This document shows positions 61,721-64,000 of a stretch of 64,000 bases of DNA, piece by piece. Both the position numbers and the translations under genes were made by a program. The first letter of the stretch is position 1. Every line of letters begins with the position of its first letter. The notes under the pieces are model-generated. The model worked only from the letters and a program-made list of their open reading frames with translations. It was not told the origin of the DNA and made no database searches. The stretch lies in the NCBI RefSeq assembly GCF_009914755.1, contig NC_060926.1. One strand, 5' to 3'. Source of the stretch: the human T2T-CHM13v2.0 reference genome, Homo sapiens.

Positions 61721-62739
61721 TTGAAGATGAATGAAACAGACTCTCTGATCCTCCCCACCCCGCTCCAATGCTAGAGAGCACTCTAGTCCCTGACTTGGTC
61801 TGGAAAGGCACTGCCTTGCCTCTATATATGGTCACATTGAGGTGGTAGCTTAACTACCGAAAGTTTACACTTTTAACAAATAGGTTTCAGGGTGTTTTAG
61901 TGTACATGGTGAGTTCTTGGTATATATATTTTATTCACTTATTTGGAGAATGATCAATTGCAAAACCAAGGCAACCAATAACTACATACTAACTACAGCC
62001 CTATATAATGGTACATTTGAAATATTGGTAACAAAAGGCTAGACCCAGACACGAACCAAATGGAAAGACTTGTACCATCCTAGTTCTATTTCTTGTCTCT
62101 ATACTACCAAACTAGCAAAGTGATTCTGATAGAAGAGGTCTACAGAACACACTGCCTCAGGAGGTCTGAGATAACACTGGTTAACATCAAAAAACATCTC
62201 TTATGAGCTTCTTCAATTAGCTTTCTTCATTACCAAGCAAACCTGCTACTGTCTTCACATGTTGTTCTTAAACTTTTCCCAGTTTGATGGAATATTAGTT
62301 AATCCTATGATTAGGCCTAGTACTTTTGGAAAAAAAAAGATCTACCTATTACATGGGCTGGTTAAATCCAGATGGGGGTATTCCCCAGCACTGGTTCTAT
62401 TAACTTCTATGGGGCAGTTAAATAATGTTTTAAGTAGTGTACTTGTCCTTCCTATCAGTATCAGCAGACTAAAGAGGGCCAGCCAACTTATTCTTGACGG
62501 GTACAGAACCAGGAGTTGCAAATTCAAAAGCCTTCACTAGGCAGGAAAAAGAGATGTATGCAGCTTCCCAGCAGAGGTCCACAGGAGAGAGGAAAACAAA
62601 CTGCAGTGTGTCTGGTGATTATAAAGTTCATTCTAGGTATAAGGAACCGGAGCTAGGTATTCATTCACGGAGCTCACAGTCTTGTTCTGAAGATTAGAAA
62701 AGTCAATTATGAAAAGAATGAATACTTAAGAAAAAAATG

Positions 62740-63052
62740 GGGCTGGGTGCAGTGGCTCATGCCTGTAATCCCAGCACTTTGGGAGGTCAAGTTGGGAAGA
62801 TCAATTGAGTGCAAGAGTTTGACACCAGCCTGGGCAACATAGTGGGACCCCATCTCTACAAAAAATTTAAAAATTAGCCAGGTGTGGGTGGCCCATGGTG
62901 CATACCCATCATCCCACCTAGTCAGGAGGCTGAGGTGGGAGGATCACTTGAGCCCAGGAAGTCGAGGCTGCAGTGAGCTGTGTTTGTGCACACTTCAGCC
63001 TGGGTGACAGAGGGAGACCCCGTCTCAATAAAAATAAAAAAAGATAATAAAA
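62740..63052 (+). mobile_element. AluJ-like element in an L2-like region
   Basis: Alu consensus. Confidence 0.88.
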
Positions 63053-63641
63053 AAGCCCAAATGTTTTTTAGCCTAAGTAAATTCTGCAGTGTAGAGGAGT
63101 AGTCAGGGAACTTTATAGATGAGCCACAAATTAAGGGGTCCTCGAATTTTAATAGGAAGGATTGTAGACAAGGGAAAAACAGTCCCAAGCAAATTGCAGA
63201 AAACAGTTCAGAAGAGTAAACAACTAGGTTTGTGTAGGGAGTAGTGGGAGATGAGGCTAGAAGGTAAGCATGGACCATATCACAGATAACTATGCCTGTA
63301 AGGTGGTTAAAGAGAAGTGTTTGGGAGCACCATAAATGAAAGTAATGTTTCCTGAAGATAGATTTGGCAGTAGTGACTAGGAAGGACCAGAAAAGAGTTT
63401 AACAGGTAAGACAGTTAAAAAGATATTTTAGTGGTTTGACAATGAGGCCACTGGGGCCTATGTAAGTGCTATGCCTGGGAACTATACAGAAGACACAGAT
63501 AAAAGTATAAAAAGAAGAGTGCTCAAAAAACTGGTAACTAGTTGAATTTGGAAGATGAATGGGAGATGTACTAAAAAGATAAGTTGCAAGAGACAGACTG
63601 ATTTGGGATGAGAAAGATGTTTAGGCTTAAAACACATAGCC

Positions 63642-63672
<31 letters not shown>

Positions 63673-63674
63673 AC

Positions 63675-63942
63675 CTTCACCAGAAATTTCTCTCCATGGA
63701 TTTGGTGGGTACATAAATGCAGCATTTTGGATTTGGTCATTTATATCTTCATCCTCATTAAAAGGAAATGTGCCACTGAGGCTCACATAGATGATAACTC
63801 CCACTGACCACATATCTAGGGAACGGTTGTAACCTTTGCTCCGGAGAACTTCAGGGGCTAAGTATGCTGGAGTTCCTACCACAGATCTCCTGAATGACTT
63901 TTCACCAATGATGCGTGCAAATCCAAAGTCACACAGCTTCAC
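63675..63942 (-). CDS. PRKD3: PRKD3 kinase exon ([35 protein letters not shown])
   Basis: DFG..APE with the protein kinase D activation loop SFRRS; ccag|GTG and GAAG|gt; 268 nt. Confidence 0.97.
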
Positions 63943-64000
63943 CTGGAAATTGAAGGATGATGTTAATTTTGTATTATAGTGTTATATATGTAACTACCTG

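Overview
Human/hominoid euchromatic DNA, recognisable from its proteins as the CEBPZOS-CEBPZ-NDUFAF7-PRKD3 cluster (2p22, from recall). Four protein-coding genes interlock. CEBPZOS (+) encodes an 80-aa microprotein from an NRF1/CpG-island promoter near 3.6 kb and overlaps CEBPZ tail-to-tail. CEBPZ (-) has 16 coding exons that sum to 3165 nt (1054 aa) and shares a 138-bp ATG-to-ATG bidirectional promoter with NDUFAF7. NDUFAF7 (+) has 10 coding exons that sum to 1326 nt (441 aa) and converges on the last three coding exons and about 2.65-kb 3'UTR of PRKD3 (-). All exon boundaries were read from GT/AG sites and checked for frame continuity. Repeats include an Alu-interrupted RPL31 processed pseudogene, a solo LTR7, a 968-bp solo LTR5_Hs with a 6-bp TSD, an L1PB, Charlie/MER DNA transposons, about 35 Alus and a GAA tract. 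I found no new gene system. The most unusual items are (i) an MLT2-LTR fragment fused to an internally deleted L1PB inside one apparent TSD, (ii) a 66-bp templated insertion into a 17-bp-arm palindrome, (iii) the same bases serving as opposite-strand processing signals in the CEBPZOS/CEBPZ overlap, and (iv) uORFs on both sides of the bidirectional promoter. Repeat subfamily names come from recalled consensus sequences, not from a search.
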